Below, piece by piece: positions 29,760 through 40,173 of a stretch of DNA of 64,000 nt. Source of the DNA: an uncultured Gemmatimonadales bacterium (GTDB lineage Bacteria; Gemmatimonadota; Gemmatimonadetes; Longimicrobiales; Longimicrobiaceae); assembly GCA_963716255.1 (NCBI GenBank), contig OY970303.1:4416001-4480000 (forward strand), in the 5' to 3' direction. How positions within the stretch are numbered: the stretch's first letter is position 1; each line of letters begins with the position of its first letter. The notes under the pieces were generated by a model. It did no database searches and was not told the DNA's origin. It saw only the letters and a list, made by a program, of their open reading frames with translations. A program made the position numbers and the translations under genes.

Positions 29760-31178
29760 TCAATCCCGCCGCGGTCTCGATGCGCTGTCTGCCGTGGTGC
29801 CCGCCGCGGGCGCCGCCGCCGCCGAATCCGCGGCGGCTTTCGCGGCGCGCTCGGCGGCCTCGTGCTTCCGGATCACCTTGCTGAGGCGCGCGCGGGGCGG
29901 CTGCCAGCCCAGCGGCTTCCAGCCGCCGCGCTCCACCGCCGAGGGGCCGCCGGACTGGGGGCGGAAGGCGGGGAGGTAGCGCTCGTACTGCGAGCGCGGG
30001 TTCCACAGCGCCCAGCTCTTGAGGCCCGCGTCGTACGTCGCCTGGATCTGCTGGCGGAGCTGCGCCGGGCCGTACTCCACCGTCGGCTGGATCCACGATG
30101 CCGTCTGCGCCTCCAGCCAGGGCATCACCTCGCCCACGGGCTTTCCCTGGCGGCGCACCAGCTCCGTGCGCTCCACCGCGTCCTGCATGGAAACGCGGAT
30201 GATCTCGTACGGGTGGGCGTTGGGGCGCGCGAAGCCGTACATCCCCGCGTAGTAGTGCGACGGGTACACCATGGGGAGCACCGCGTCCGCGGTCTGGATC
30301 ACCTTTTCCCAGTTCTGCCCGATCCCCACGTCGCCCTCCAGGTGTGTCACCAGCCCGAACACGTCCGCCGTCACCGGCGCCTGGTACTCCTTCAGCCGCT
30401 CCTTGGAGTAGCGGATGAAGGCGGCGATGTTGTCCTCGCGCGAGACCCCGTTGGACCCGGGGAACACCATGGTCCGCCGCAGGTTCTCCACCACGTCGGG
30501 AAAGCGCACGTAGTCCCACTGCACCTCCGAGAAGCCCATGTCCAGCGCTTCCCTGGCGATGTCCACGTTGTAGCTCCAGACGGTCCGGTCGTACGGGTTC
30601 ACCCAGGGCTTGCCGTTCTGGTCCTTCCACACCCCGCCGGAGGTGTTCCGTATGGACAGGTCGGGGCGCTTCTCGGCCAGCATCCGGTCCTTGAACACCA
30701 CGATCCGCGCGATGGGGTAGATCCCGTGCGCCTGGAGGGTGTCCACCAGCTCCGGGAGCCACTTGGACCCCGGGCGCTGGTCCGCGCCGATCTCCCTGGC
30801 CAGCGCGATCCCCGTGGAGTCGTGGACCAGGTACGTGTCCGACTCCTTGATGTCGATGATGAAGGCGTTGATCTCCGTCTCGTCCGCGATGCGGATCAGC
30901 TCCCTCATCCCGCCGCGCCGCCCGGCCGCCCAGCCGTTCACGTAGAGCGCGCGCACCGAGTCCGGCCGCGGCACCCGGCCGCCGAAGCGCTCCCGCCAGC
31001 GCGAAAGGCTGTCGGCGCGGGTGCGGGCGGCGGTGGCGGCGGAGTCCGTCCGGGCCCCTTCGCCGCCGGCCTCCGCGGCGGCGCGGGGGGCGCGTTCGCC
31101 GCCGCACGCGGCCGCGCCCAGCGACAGGAGCAGCGCGCCGGCCAGGAGCGGGGCGCGGGCCGTGGCCGTGCGGCGCAC
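29760..31178 (-). CDS. Putative glycoside hydrolase lipoprotein (DUF4015-like); start uncertain
   Basis: VRALYV, EINAFIIDIK, IARIVVFKD, GFSEVQWDYVRFP, PMVYPSH; LGAAAC lipobox. Confidence 0.85.
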   Translation of the reverse strand: MRRTATARAPLLAGALLLSLGAAACGGERAPRAAAEAGGEGARTDSAATAARTRADSLSRWRERFGGRVPRPDSVRALYVNGWAAGRRGGMRELIRIADETEINAFIIDIKESDTYLVHDSTGIALAREIGADQRPGSKWLPELVDTLQAHGIYPIARIVVFKDRMLAEKRPDLSIRNTSGGVWKDQNGKPWVNPYDRTVWSYNVDIAREALDMGFSEVQWDYVRFPDVVENLRRTMVFPGSNGVSREDNIAAFIRYSKERLKEYQAPVTADVFGLVTHLEGDVGIGQNWEKVIQTADAVLPMVYPSHYYAGMYGFARPNAHPYEIIRVSMQDAVERTELVRRQGKPVGEVMPWLEAQTASWIQPTVEYGPAQLRQQIQATYDAGLKSWALWNPRSQYERYLPAFRPQSGGPSAVERGGWKPLGWQPPRARLSKVIRKHEAAERAAKAAADSAAAAPAAGTTADSASRPRRD

Positions 31179-31322
31179 GGGGATCCGGGGGGAGCTGGCA
31201 GGGTGCGTCAAGGGCTCGCGGGGTTGGGCGACGCCTCCGTGGCCGGAGGGCGCGGTTCGCGGGGGACGAGGTCGTGCGGGTGGTACGCGGGGAGGCCGGT
31301 TTTGTGCCCCGGCCCGGAAACG

Positions 31323-31360
31323 AAAAAAAGCCGGGCCCGGGCGAATGCCCGGGCCCGGCT
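31323..31360 (-). terminator. Intrinsic terminator
   Basis: Minus strand AGCCGGGCCCGGGC-ATTC-GCCCGGGCCCGGC followed by T7. Confidence 0.85.
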
Positions 31361-31380
31361 CCAGCACGGACCGGAGCCGA

Positions 31381-31638
31381 TTACGGCGTGGTCGTGGTGG
31401 TCGTCGTGGTGGTGGCGGTCGTGTCCATGGTGCCCATCGCCATCGTGTCGGTGGTGGCCGGGGCCATCGCCATCGTGTCGGTGGTCACCGGAGCAGCCGG
31501 CTCCATGGTCGGAGCGGTCGCGTCCGCCGCCGGGGTGGTCTCCTCGACGGTGGCCTCGGGGGCCTCGTCGCCGCCGCAGGCGGCGAGCGAGACCATGGCG
31601 GCGACGGCGAAGATCGAGAAGAAGCGGTTCTTCAGCAT
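31381..31638 (-). CDS. Small Thr/Met-rich lipoprotein (85 aa)
   Basis: SLAAC lipobox; TTDTMAM repeated; poly-Thr tail. Confidence 0.8.
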   Translation of the reverse strand: MLKNRFFSIFAVAAMVSLAACGGDEAPEATVEETTPAADATAPTMEPAAPVTTDTMAMAPATTDTMAMGTMDTTATTTTTTTTTP

Positions 31639-31662
31639 TGTGGTGTTCCCGTGATCAGGGGT

Positions 31663-31695
31663 AAAAATGGGGCCCGCACATCGCGTGCGGGCCCC
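31663..31695 (-). terminator. Hairpin with T-tract between the two lipoprotein genes
   Basis: GGGGCCCGCAC-loop-GTGCGGGCCCC followed by ATTTTT on the minus strand. Confidence 0.55.
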
Positions 31696-31716
31696 GGACC
31701 TGCAACGCGCGCTGAA

Positions 31717-31974
31717 CTACGGGCGCGTGGTCGTGTCGGCGGCCATCGTGTCGGTGCCGGAGCCGTGCACGGTGTCGGTCTCGACGGTGGTCGTGGTCAC
31801 GACGCTGTCCGTGGTCGGGACGACGGTGGGCACGCTCACGGTGTCCATGCCGGCGACGGCCGAGGTGTCCGAGGTGACGGTCTCGCCGCCCTCGGAAACG
31901 TCGTCGCCACCACCGCAGGCGGCGAGCGCGACCAGACCGGCGACGGCGAAGATGGAGAGGCGGTTCTTCATCAT
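31717..31974 (-). CDS. Small Thr/Val-rich lipoprotein (85 aa), paralog of the neighbour
   Basis: MMKNRLSIFAVAGLVALAACGGGDD vs MLKNRFFSIFAVAAMVSLAACGGDE; GGAGG RBS. Confidence 0.8.
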   Translation of the reverse strand: MMKNRLSIFAVAGLVALAACGGGDDVSEGGETVTSDTSAVAGMDTVSVPTVVPTTDSVVTTTTVETDTVHGSGTDTMAADTTTRP

Positions 31975-32081
31975 GGATCCCTCCTGGGGGTGTTGATCGT
32001 CTGGTTGCTTTCCGGGACGTTCCCGGCGCCTTCCTTCGGGTGTGCCGGCGGCGCTGCCGCCGCGGCACGGGCCCTTCCTAA

Positions 32082-32098
32082 AGCAACGGGTGTGCCGG
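32082..32098 (-). promoter_or_regulatory. sigma54 (-24/-12) promoter
   Basis: Minus strand CGGCAC-ACCCG-TTGCT matches YGGCAC-N5-TTGC. Confidence 0.8.
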
Positions 32099-32210
32099 CC
32101 CGTGCACGCCCGCCGCCAGCGTGGCGGAAGTCCGCTCCCCGCCTTATCTTTTGCGGGGTCGCGACCCCCGATGCGGGCGTCCACGAAGCACCGTTCGGAA
32201 CGTTCGCGGG

Positions 32211-32244
32211 TGTTCAGTGAACGGCCCTGCCTGTTCAGTGAACA
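32211..32244. promoter_or_regulatory. Tandem palindromic enhancer (UAS) candidates for a sigma54 activator
   Basis: TGTTCAGTGAAC at 32211 and 32232 (21 bp apart), about 115-145 bp upstream of the -24 box. Confidence 0.7.
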
Positions 32245-32283
32245 CTCCAGGTACTCTCGGAACCCGCTTCGCCAGGAACGCGC

Positions 32284-34071
32284 GTGGCCAGATTCAGCAG
32301 CCTGTCCCGGGGGCTGTCGCTCCGCACCAAGGTCTTCTTCCTCTTCGCGGGGGCGGCGCTCCTCATCGTGGTGCCCACGCTGGGGCTCATCGCCGGCGCG
32401 GTGGAGAAGCGCGTGTACGAGCGCGCGACCGAGGAGCTGGCGGACGCGGCGAGGGTGTTCGCCAGCAACTGGCGCTTCCGCGACGAGGTGCTCCTGAACG
32501 AGGCTGCGCTCCGGGCCGGGTCGCCGGGGCTGGTGGCGGCGCTGGAGGCGCAGGATACGGCGTGGGTGCGGTCCATCCTGCGGCGGCGCCTGGGCCGCGA
32601 CCGCGTCATCCTGGCCGCCGACTCGGCGGCGCACCCGCTCTTCGGCCCCTCCATCGATTCCACCCTGCTGCGCAGCGGGCAGGGGATCGGCTCCATCGTC
32701 ACGCTGGGGGACTCGGCGCGCACCCCCATCCGGGTGGCGGTGTGGCCGGTGTGGGGCGACAGCGGGCAGGTGGGGATCGTGGGGGTGGGGACGCGGCTGG
32801 ACACCACCGCGGTGCGGGAGCTGAAGAAGGACGTGACAGGGGGGACGGACGTAGCCCTCATCGTCGGCGACTCCATCATCGGGAGCACGCTGCCGGACAG
32901 CGTGAACCGCGGGCTGCGCGCCTCGGACCTGCACGACCTGGGGCGGGCCGGCGCCACCGGCCGCGCGAGCCTGGGCGGGGCCCCGTACCAGTACCTGGTC
33001 GCCGCGCTCCCCACCCGGGGCGTTCCCGCGGCGGCGGTCCTGCTGCGCCCGGTCGCAAACGAGCTGCGGGTGGTCACCGGCATCGTCAGCTCGCTGGTGG
33101 GGGTGGGGATCGCGGCGCTGGTGCTCGCGCTGATCCTGGCGCTGGTGGTGGCGCGCATCGTGGCGCGCCCGGCGCAGGTCCTGGCGGAGGCGTCGGCGCG
33201 GCTGGCGCGCGGCGACTTCCGGGCGCCGCTCCCCCCCGACTCGGGGGACGAGGTGGGGCAGCTGGCGCGGGCGTTCGCCGAGATGCGCTCGGCCATCGCG
33301 GAGCGCGAGGCGCGCCTGCGCTCCGCCCAGGCGGAGATGATCCACCGGGAGAAGCTGGCCGCCATGGGCCGGCTGGTGGCGCAGCTCTCGCACGAGATCA
33401 ACAACCCCATCTACAACATCCAGAACTGCCTGGAGGCGCTGGAGCGGCGCGGCGACCCGCGCGACCCCAACCGCGAATTCCTGCTCCTGGCGCAGGAGGA
33501 GCTGGCCCGCATGGCCGAGCTCACCCGCCGCATGCTGGACCACAGCCGCCCCCTCTCGGACGCGGCGGCACCGCTGAACCTGAACTCCACGGTGCAGCGG
33601 GTGCTGGCGCTGGCCGGGCCCGAGCTGGCGGGGCGGGGGGTGCGGGTGGACACCTGGCTGGAGCGCGGGCTCCCGCCGGTGGTGGCGCACCCGGACGCGA
33701 TCCAGCAGGTGCTCGCCAACCTGGTGAACAACGCCATGGACGCGATGCCGGAGGGAGGCACGCTGCGCATCTCCACGCGCACCGCCGCGGACGCGGTGGA
33801 GGTGGCGGTGGAGGACACCGGCTCCGGGATCGCCGAGGACCAGCTCCCGCACATCTTCGAGGCCTTCTACACCACCAAGCCGGGGGTGCGCGGCCTGGGG
33901 CTGGGCCTGTTCGTCTCGGAGGGGATCATCCGCGGCCACCGCGGCCGCATCTCGGTGGAGAGCCGCCCCGGCGCCGGCAGCCGCTTCACCATCCTCCTCC
34001 CCCGGGAAACGCTGGACGAGACGCTCGCCAGCGGGGAGCGCGAGGAAGCCGAAGCGTCGGCGGTGGCGTGA
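32284..34071 (+). CDS. HAMP-domain sensor histidine kinase (NtrB-like)
   Basis: Two TM segments, HAMP (DEVGQLARAF), H-box SHEINNP, NAMDAM, DTGSGI, FYTTK, GLGLGL. Confidence 0.95.
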   Translation: MARFSSLSRGLSLRTKVFFLFAGAALLIVVPTLGLIAGAVEKRVYERATEELADAARVFASNWRFRDEVLLNEAALRAGSPGLVAALEAQDTAWVRSILRRRLGRDRVILAADSAAHPLFGPSIDSTLLRSGQGIGSIVTLGDSARTPIRVAVWPVWGDSGQVGIVGVGTRLDTTAVRELKKDVTGGTDVALIVGDSIIGSTLPDSVNRGLRASDLHDLGRAGATGRASLGGAPYQYLVAALPTRGVPAAAVLLRPVANELRVVTGIVSSLVGVGIAALVLALILALVVARIVARPAQVLAEASARLARGDFRAPLPPDSGDEVGQLARAFAEMRSAIAEREARLRSAQAEMIHREKLAAMGRLVAQLSHEINNPIYNIQNCLEALERRGDPRDPNREFLLLAQEELARMAELTRRMLDHSRPLSDAAAPLNLNSTVQRVLALAGPELAGRGVRVDTWLERGLPPVVAHPDAIQQVLANLVNNAMDAMPEGGTLRISTRTAADAVEVAVEDTGSGIAEDQLPHIFEAFYTTKPGVRGLGLGLFVSEGIIRGHRGRISVESRPGAGSRFTILLPRETLDETLASGEREEAEASAVA

Positions 34072-34085
34072 GGCCGGAACGGCGG

Positions 34086-34286
34086 ACCCCCTCCCCCGGC
34101 CCCTCCCCGCAAGGGGGAGGGGAGAACGGCGCGGCGGGAGGCAGGTTCGGACCGAAGGCCTACCCCTCACCCCCCGGCCCCCTCTCCCACAAGGGGAGAG
34201 GGGGGGCACGACAAAGCCAAGGCGCGGGAAACCCTCCCCCAGAATTGGGGGAGGGTGGCGAGCCTGAGCGAGCCGGGTGGGGGCCC
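34086..34286. repeat. REP-like family 3 cluster
   Basis: Several CCCTC(T/C)CCC-loop-GGG(A/G)GAGGG hairpins and GAGCCTGAGCGAGCCGGGTGGGG. Confidence 0.75.
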
Positions 34287-34310
34287 TTTGCGGACGCCAG
34301 CACCGGCCCC

Positions 34311-34439
34311 GCGTGAGGGATTTCGGCCCGAAGGGGCGAGACCCGCGGGCAGTTTCGCGGGGCTCGACTCCGTTGAGCAGCGTTGTTTGCTGCTCTACGG
34401 AGCCGAAGCCCGACCCCGGCGCCAGCCGGGGGCACGCCC
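34311..34439 (+). repeat. Structured repeat family 1, copy 2
   Basis: 129 bp; sits between kinase and regulator genes. Confidence 0.95.
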
Positions 34440-34484
34440 AAATCCAGTAGTTCGCAGGTCAACCCTGATCTGAGCACAAATCGC

Positions 34485-35855
<1,371 letters not shown>

Positions 35856-35889
35856 AGCCGAGGGGTTTTCGTGGCTCGTCGTCTGGTTT

Positions 35890-36039
35890 TGGCGGGCCGC
35901 TCCGGAGCCGGACGATACTGCCGTCCGTCTCCTGCGCGGGCGCAGGGAGCCACCGGAAACGGCCCCGGTGTCTCCCTGCGCCGGAGTGAGCCAGCCGAAA
36001 CCGCCCGGCTGTCTCCCTCCGAACGGATTCGGGGGGGTA
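35890..36039 (-). repeat. Structured intergenic repeat family 2, copy C
   Basis: Homologous to copies A, B, D; lies between convergent genes. Confidence 0.88.
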
Positions 36040-36087
36040 CTGCGGGAACGGCGACCCCTCTTCCCCAGACGTTGCGGCACGCCGCCG

Positions 36088-36735
36088 CTACAGGGGCGCC
36101 CCCTGTCGCGCCCAATCGAAGATCTGTTCGGCGCCCAGCACCCGTTTCAGCACGCGCTCAGACCCGACTTGCACCGTCCTGCCCACCTCCACGTGTCGCT
36201 CCACCACCACCAGTTGCGGCACGGTGGGGTCGCCAGGCAGGTCCCGCCAAACGTAGCGGATCGCCGAATCGTTAACCCAGTTGCTTCCCACCGACACCTC
36301 GTCAAAGTTGCCGAACCCGTCGAGAAACGCGAGCGCCTCGGTTGGCTTCCAATCGAGCGAAACCGCCACTGCGCGGAACTGCCGCCCCCGCGCGACGGCC
36401 TGATCGCGCACCCGAAGCTTGGCGTTTTCGACTGCTTGGTGAAAACCTGGGCGTCGGTTCGCGCGGCAGAAGCTACCTCCCACGAATACGAGGAGGATCT
36501 CGTTTCCGGTACGTAACCGGTAATTCGGCGTGTAGCTGCGGACCAGCGGAGCGGCGGGTGTGCTGTCGACCGCCGGCCGCGCGGCCGGCACCGCGGCGGC
36601 CAGCTGTGTGCGGGGGCGGGAAACGCCCAGCGAGAAGACCAGCAGGCTCAGTCCCAGCGCGGTCCAGGTCACCAGCCCTGCTCGTGCGAGGACCACCTGA
36701 ATCCTGTCGGGCTTGGCAGACGCATCACCGTTCAT
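36088..36735 (-). CDS. Membrane-anchored hypothetical protein, thioredoxin-like fold suspected
   Basis: N-terminal TM; LLVFVGGSFCRAN, AVAVSLD, PTVPQLVVV resemble Trx/TlpA strands; single Cys. Confidence 0.65.
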   Translation of the reverse strand: MNGDASAKPDRIQVVLARAGLVTWTALGLSLLVFSLGVSRPRTQLAAAVPAARPAVDSTPAAPLVRSYTPNYRLRTGNEILLVFVGGSFCRANRRPGFHQAVENAKLRVRDQAVARGRQFRAVAVSLDWKPTEALAFLDGFGNFDEVSVGSNWVNDSAIRYVWRDLPGDPTVPQLVVVERHVEVGRTVQVGSERVLKRVLGAEQIFDWARQGAPL

Positions 36736-37786
36736 GGGAACCTTTCCGGCGAGGTGTGAGGTTGAGGACCCGGACAGCCGGGTAGGGGTCGGTGACCGCA
36801 GCCAATGCGGTGGTTCCGTATGTGGCTAGAATCCGGGGAAGTGGCGCCGCGATCTCGCGGATCTGGTAGTCCCTGGCCGAGATCTCGTATGAACGCAACG
36901 ACTCGAACTCATGCCGCGTGGTTGCGCCGCGCCGCAACCGCCCCACTTGGATCAGCCGCCCACCGTCGGGGAGTGGCACGATGGCGCTGGCAAAGTCGTG
37001 CTCGCCTCGTCTGGCGTAGAACTGCACGCTGCGGTTGGAGAGGCGGCGAACGCGTACAGGCAGATAGCCGGGAATGTCCGCTACACCCAGCAGAGCGCCG
37101 GTCGAGGCGGAAAAGCGCTGCACATCGGGGCGCAGCATGGGAAGAAAGGTCAGCTCGTCGCCGGGCCCGCACAGCAGATAACCGCTGGCGCGGTAGCTCG
37201 TAAGCAGGAGGTCGGCAGCGGCCGTGTCGCGCGCGAAGGATCGGAGAACCCGGCCGCGGGACCGATCGAGTTCGTGGATGAGCCATCCCTGTCGCTCACC
37301 CAGGACGAACAGCCGATCCTCCAGCACGCACATGTCCTCGGCGGGGAAATCGGGCGCGAAGCTGCCAAGGCGGACCAGTGCCGCTTCTGCCGAGAGCACG
37401 TCGATGCGCTGGTTGGCACGGTCCAGCACGTACAGCCGCGCTCCGTCGCTCGCCAGCGCCACCGGATCGGCGAACTCGCCGGGCCCACGTCCTTCGCGCC
37501 CGAACACTTTCGGCACAGTGCCCGTGGTGCTGAGCGTCACGATGCGCTTATTCACTACGTCCAGAGCGAAGATCCGGTCTTTGCCGTCGGAGAGCAGGTC
37601 GCCGATCACCCCAAAGGCAACGGGTCCCTTTTCGTCTGACGTGCCGATTCGTGCGGTTTCGCGCCATCGGAGCTCCTCGGCCGGCTCCAAGGCAGCCTGC
37701 CGAGGGCGTAATGTTGCGCCTGCGGCTACGACCAGCACTCCGCACGACACGAGTGCCGCGGTGCGCCGGATCTGGGGAGGATTCAT
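36725..37786 (-). CDS. 6-bladed beta-propeller (NHL-like) exported protein
   Basis: FGREGRGPGEFADP, IFALD, LYVLDRANQRI; signal-like N-terminus. Confidence 0.8.
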   Translation of the reverse strand: MNPPQIRRTAALVSCGVLVVAAGATLRPRQAALEPAEELRWRETARIGTSDEKGPVAFGVIGDLLSDGKDRIFALDVVNKRIVTLSTTGTVPKVFGREGRGPGEFADPVALASDGARLYVLDRANQRIDVLSAEAALVRLGSFAPDFPAEDMCVLEDRLFVLGERQGWLIHELDRSRGRVLRSFARDTAAADLLLTSYRASGYLLCGPGDELTFLPMLRPDVQRFSASTGALLGVADIPGYLPVRVRRLSNRSVQFYARRGEHDFASAIVPLPDGGRLIQVGRLRRGATTRHEFESLRSYEISARDYQIREIAAPLPRILATYGTTALAAVTDPYPAVRVLNLTPRRKGSHER

Positions 37787-37818
37787 GGCTTACGCCGCAG
37801 GTTGGAGCCCCGCTGCAG

Positions 37819-38037
37819 TCAGCACTGCGTGTTCGTGCAACTCGACGAGCTGGCGAAGCTGCAGGAAGTTCCGACCCAGTACCGGCAACCAGCGGTCCCC
37901 TGGCATTCGGTGTTGGAGCAACTGCCCACCCCCGACACGGGGGGCACCTCCTCATTGGCGCTGGCAAGCCCTGCGGAACCCCACAGTCCCGCAACCGTGA
38001 GCGCGACCGGGAGCACGAGTCTACGGAGTCGTCTCAT
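37819..38037 (-). CDS. Secreted six-cysteine peptide (72 aa)
   Basis: AGGAGG RBS; signal peptide MRRLRRLVLPVALTVAGLWGSAGLASA; mature part C-x4-C-x5-C-x7-C-x7-C-x4-C ending at the last residue. Confidence 0.78.
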   Translation of the reverse strand: MRRLRRLVLPVALTVAGLWGSAGLASANEEVPPVSGVGSCSNTECQGTAGCRYWVGTSCSFASSSSCTNTQC

Positions 38038-38374
38038 AAGTCCCCCTCCTGGTAATTGGTGGATACCACGGCTCTTGTCCCCCGCCCTGGGAGAGACATT
38101 CCATATTGCAAACCGATCCTGGGCTGCGCAATATTTTCGTCTTCTAACCATAGGAGGTGACGCCGAGCCGACGGCTCGCCTCGCCGATGGTCCAGCGGGT
38201 GCTGTCGCGCACGTCGGCGTCGCCGCCGGGTAGTTGGGTAAGGATGTGGCGCTGAATGACGGGGAGATCCGGCAGGGGCCGGTTTTTGGTTGGCGCTCCA
38301 AGAAAGGCCGGTGCGGCGGCGTTTCGGAGTCTGCGGCACCGGCACCGGCACGGGCTTTCCAGACTCTCCTCCTT

Positions 38375-38449
38375 TCCGTTGGCGAGCGTTGTTGCTCGCC
38401 TACGGAGCCGAAGCCCACGGAACGCCCGGCGCCAGCCGGGGGCACGCCC
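38375..38449 (+). repeat. Structured repeat family 1, 5'-truncated copy 3
   Basis: TCCGTTGGCGAGC...GCTCGCCTACGGAGCCGAAGCCC...CCGGCGCCAGCCGGGGGCACGCCC. Confidence 0.85.
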
Positions 38450-38693
38450 AACTCCGCCGTCGACAGTCGTCAGAATCGCCACACCGGAAGCATTCACCGC
38501 CGGAAGCTGTCCCAGCCCGATGCGCCGGTCGTCCACTCGCGAGGACGCCCACGAACCGCGCGAACCGGCCGAAAACAGACAACTCGTTGCTCCGCAAACG
38601 CATCGAAAAACCACGCGCCGCGGTACGCCCGATGCCGTTGGGCCACCGGCGCAGGACCGACCCCGGCCGCACCCCATCCCGTCTGGAGAGACC

Positions 38694-39323
38694 ATGAGCA
38701 TCCCCGCACGCATCCGATCCCGCTCCATGGCCGCGCTCGCCGGCCTCGTCCTCGTTTCCGGCGGCTGCGCCCGGCAGGTGACGCGCATCGCCCCCGAGCA
38801 GGCGGTGGACCTGTCCGGCCGCTGGAACGACGTGGACAGCCGCCTGGTCGCCGAGGAGATCATCCGCCAGAGCTTCGACGCCTCCGCCGGGCAGAGCTGG
38901 GCAATGGGCCACGCCCAGGCGCACGGCGGCCGCAAGCCCACAGTGATCGTGGGCACCATCCGCAACCGCAGCATGGAGCACGTCCCGGTCTCCACCTTCG
39001 TCAAGGACCTGGAGCGCGCCTACCTGCGCAGCGGACAGGTGCAGGTGGTGGCTTCGCCGGAGGAGCGCGAGGAGGTGCGCGACGAGCGCTTCGACCAGCA
39101 GGAGTTCGCCGCGGCGGACAGCCGCGCGCGCCTGGGCCGGGAGCGCGGCGCGGACTACATGCTCCAGGGCGACATCGAATCGGTGGAGGACCGGGAGGGG
39201 CGGCGGCGCGTGGTCTTCTACCAGGTGGACATGACGCTGGTGGACCTGGAGACCAACCAGAAGACCTGGGTGGGGCAGCACAAGCTCAAGAAGTACGTGT
39301 CGCGCCCGCTGGTCCGGTTCTAG
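38694..39323 (+). CDS. lpoB: Penicillin-binding protein activator LpoB-like lipoprotein
   Basis: SGGC lipobox, DLSGRWNDVD, IRNRSMEH, GADYMLQG, FYQVDMTLVDLET. Confidence 0.85.
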   Translation: MSIPARIRSRSMAALAGLVLVSGGCARQVTRIAPEQAVDLSGRWNDVDSRLVAEEIIRQSFDASAGQSWAMGHAQAHGGRKPTVIVGTIRNRSMEHVPVSTFVKDLERAYLRSGQVQVVASPEEREEVRDERFDQQEFAAADSRARLGRERGADYMLQGDIESVEDREGRRRVVFYQVDMTLVDLETNQKTWVGQHKLKKYVSRPLVRF

Positions 39324-39357
39324 GCTCCTTCCCACGACCCTCCGCACGGGACCGAAG

Positions 39358-40173
39358 ATGAAGAAAATCGCTTTCCTGGCCGCCGCGGCGCTGGCCGCGT
39401 CCGCCGGAGCCTGCGCCCCCCACCTCCGCCCGCTGCAGCCGGTGATGGAGAACGGGGCCGTGCTCGCCCCGCAGTCCGAGACCGACGAGGTGGTGGACCG
39501 CGCGCGCGCCGAGGGCGAGGCGCAGCGCGGGCGGCTGGCGGAGTCGCGCGGGCGCAACGAGGCCGCCGCGCTCGCCGGCTGCTCGGGGCGCGCCTGCGAC
39601 GCCATCGCCCGTGGCGAGGTGGCGCTGGGGATGACGGAGGCCCAGGTGCTCGCCGCCACGCGCACCACGCCGGAGGCGTGGGACTCGCGCGGGAGCGGCC
39701 GCGGCGCGGTGATGACCGGGCGCGGCGACGGGGCCGGTCCCCACGACGCGGTGGGCGAGATCGCCTACCTGACGCTGCAGAACGGCGCGGTGCGGGGGAT
39801 CACCTACCGCGAGCCGCAGGGCTTCCGCACCGTCTCCACTCCCGCGGACGCCACGCTCGGCGGCGTGGCGGCGGCGCGCGCGGAGGCGCTGCTGCGCGAG
39901 GGCGACGACTTTGCGGCGCGCGGCGACCTGGCGGGCGCGCTGGACCGCTACGACCGCGCCGACGTGCTGCGCGCGGACGACCCGGAGACCACCCTGCGCA
40001 TCGCGCGGGCGCTGGACAAGTCGCTCCGCCCGTACGAGGCGGAATTGCGCTACCGCACGTTCCTGCACCAGATGGAGCTGGAGCGCATCCGGGTGACGGG
40101 CGAGGCGTACGCCCGGTGGGCCGCGGCCATCGCGGAGGCGCGGGACCGGCTGGTCGTCCTGGACCGCAGATGA
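39358..40173 (+). CDS. Hypothetical lipoprotein with TPR-like segment
   Basis: AGAC lipobox; GEVALGMT (BamE-like), GDLAGALDRYDRA. Confidence 0.75.
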   Translation: MKKIAFLAAAALAASAGACAPHLRPLQPVMENGAVLAPQSETDEVVDRARAEGEAQRGRLAESRGRNEAAALAGCSGRACDAIARGEVALGMTEAQVLAATRTTPEAWDSRGSGRGAVMTGRGDGAGPHDAVGEIAYLTLQNGAVRGITYREPQGFRTVSTPADATLGGVAAARAEALLREGDDFAARGDLAGALDRYDRADVLRADDPETTLRIARALDKSLRPYEAELRYRTFLHQMELERIRVTGEAYARWAAAIAEARDRLVVLDRR

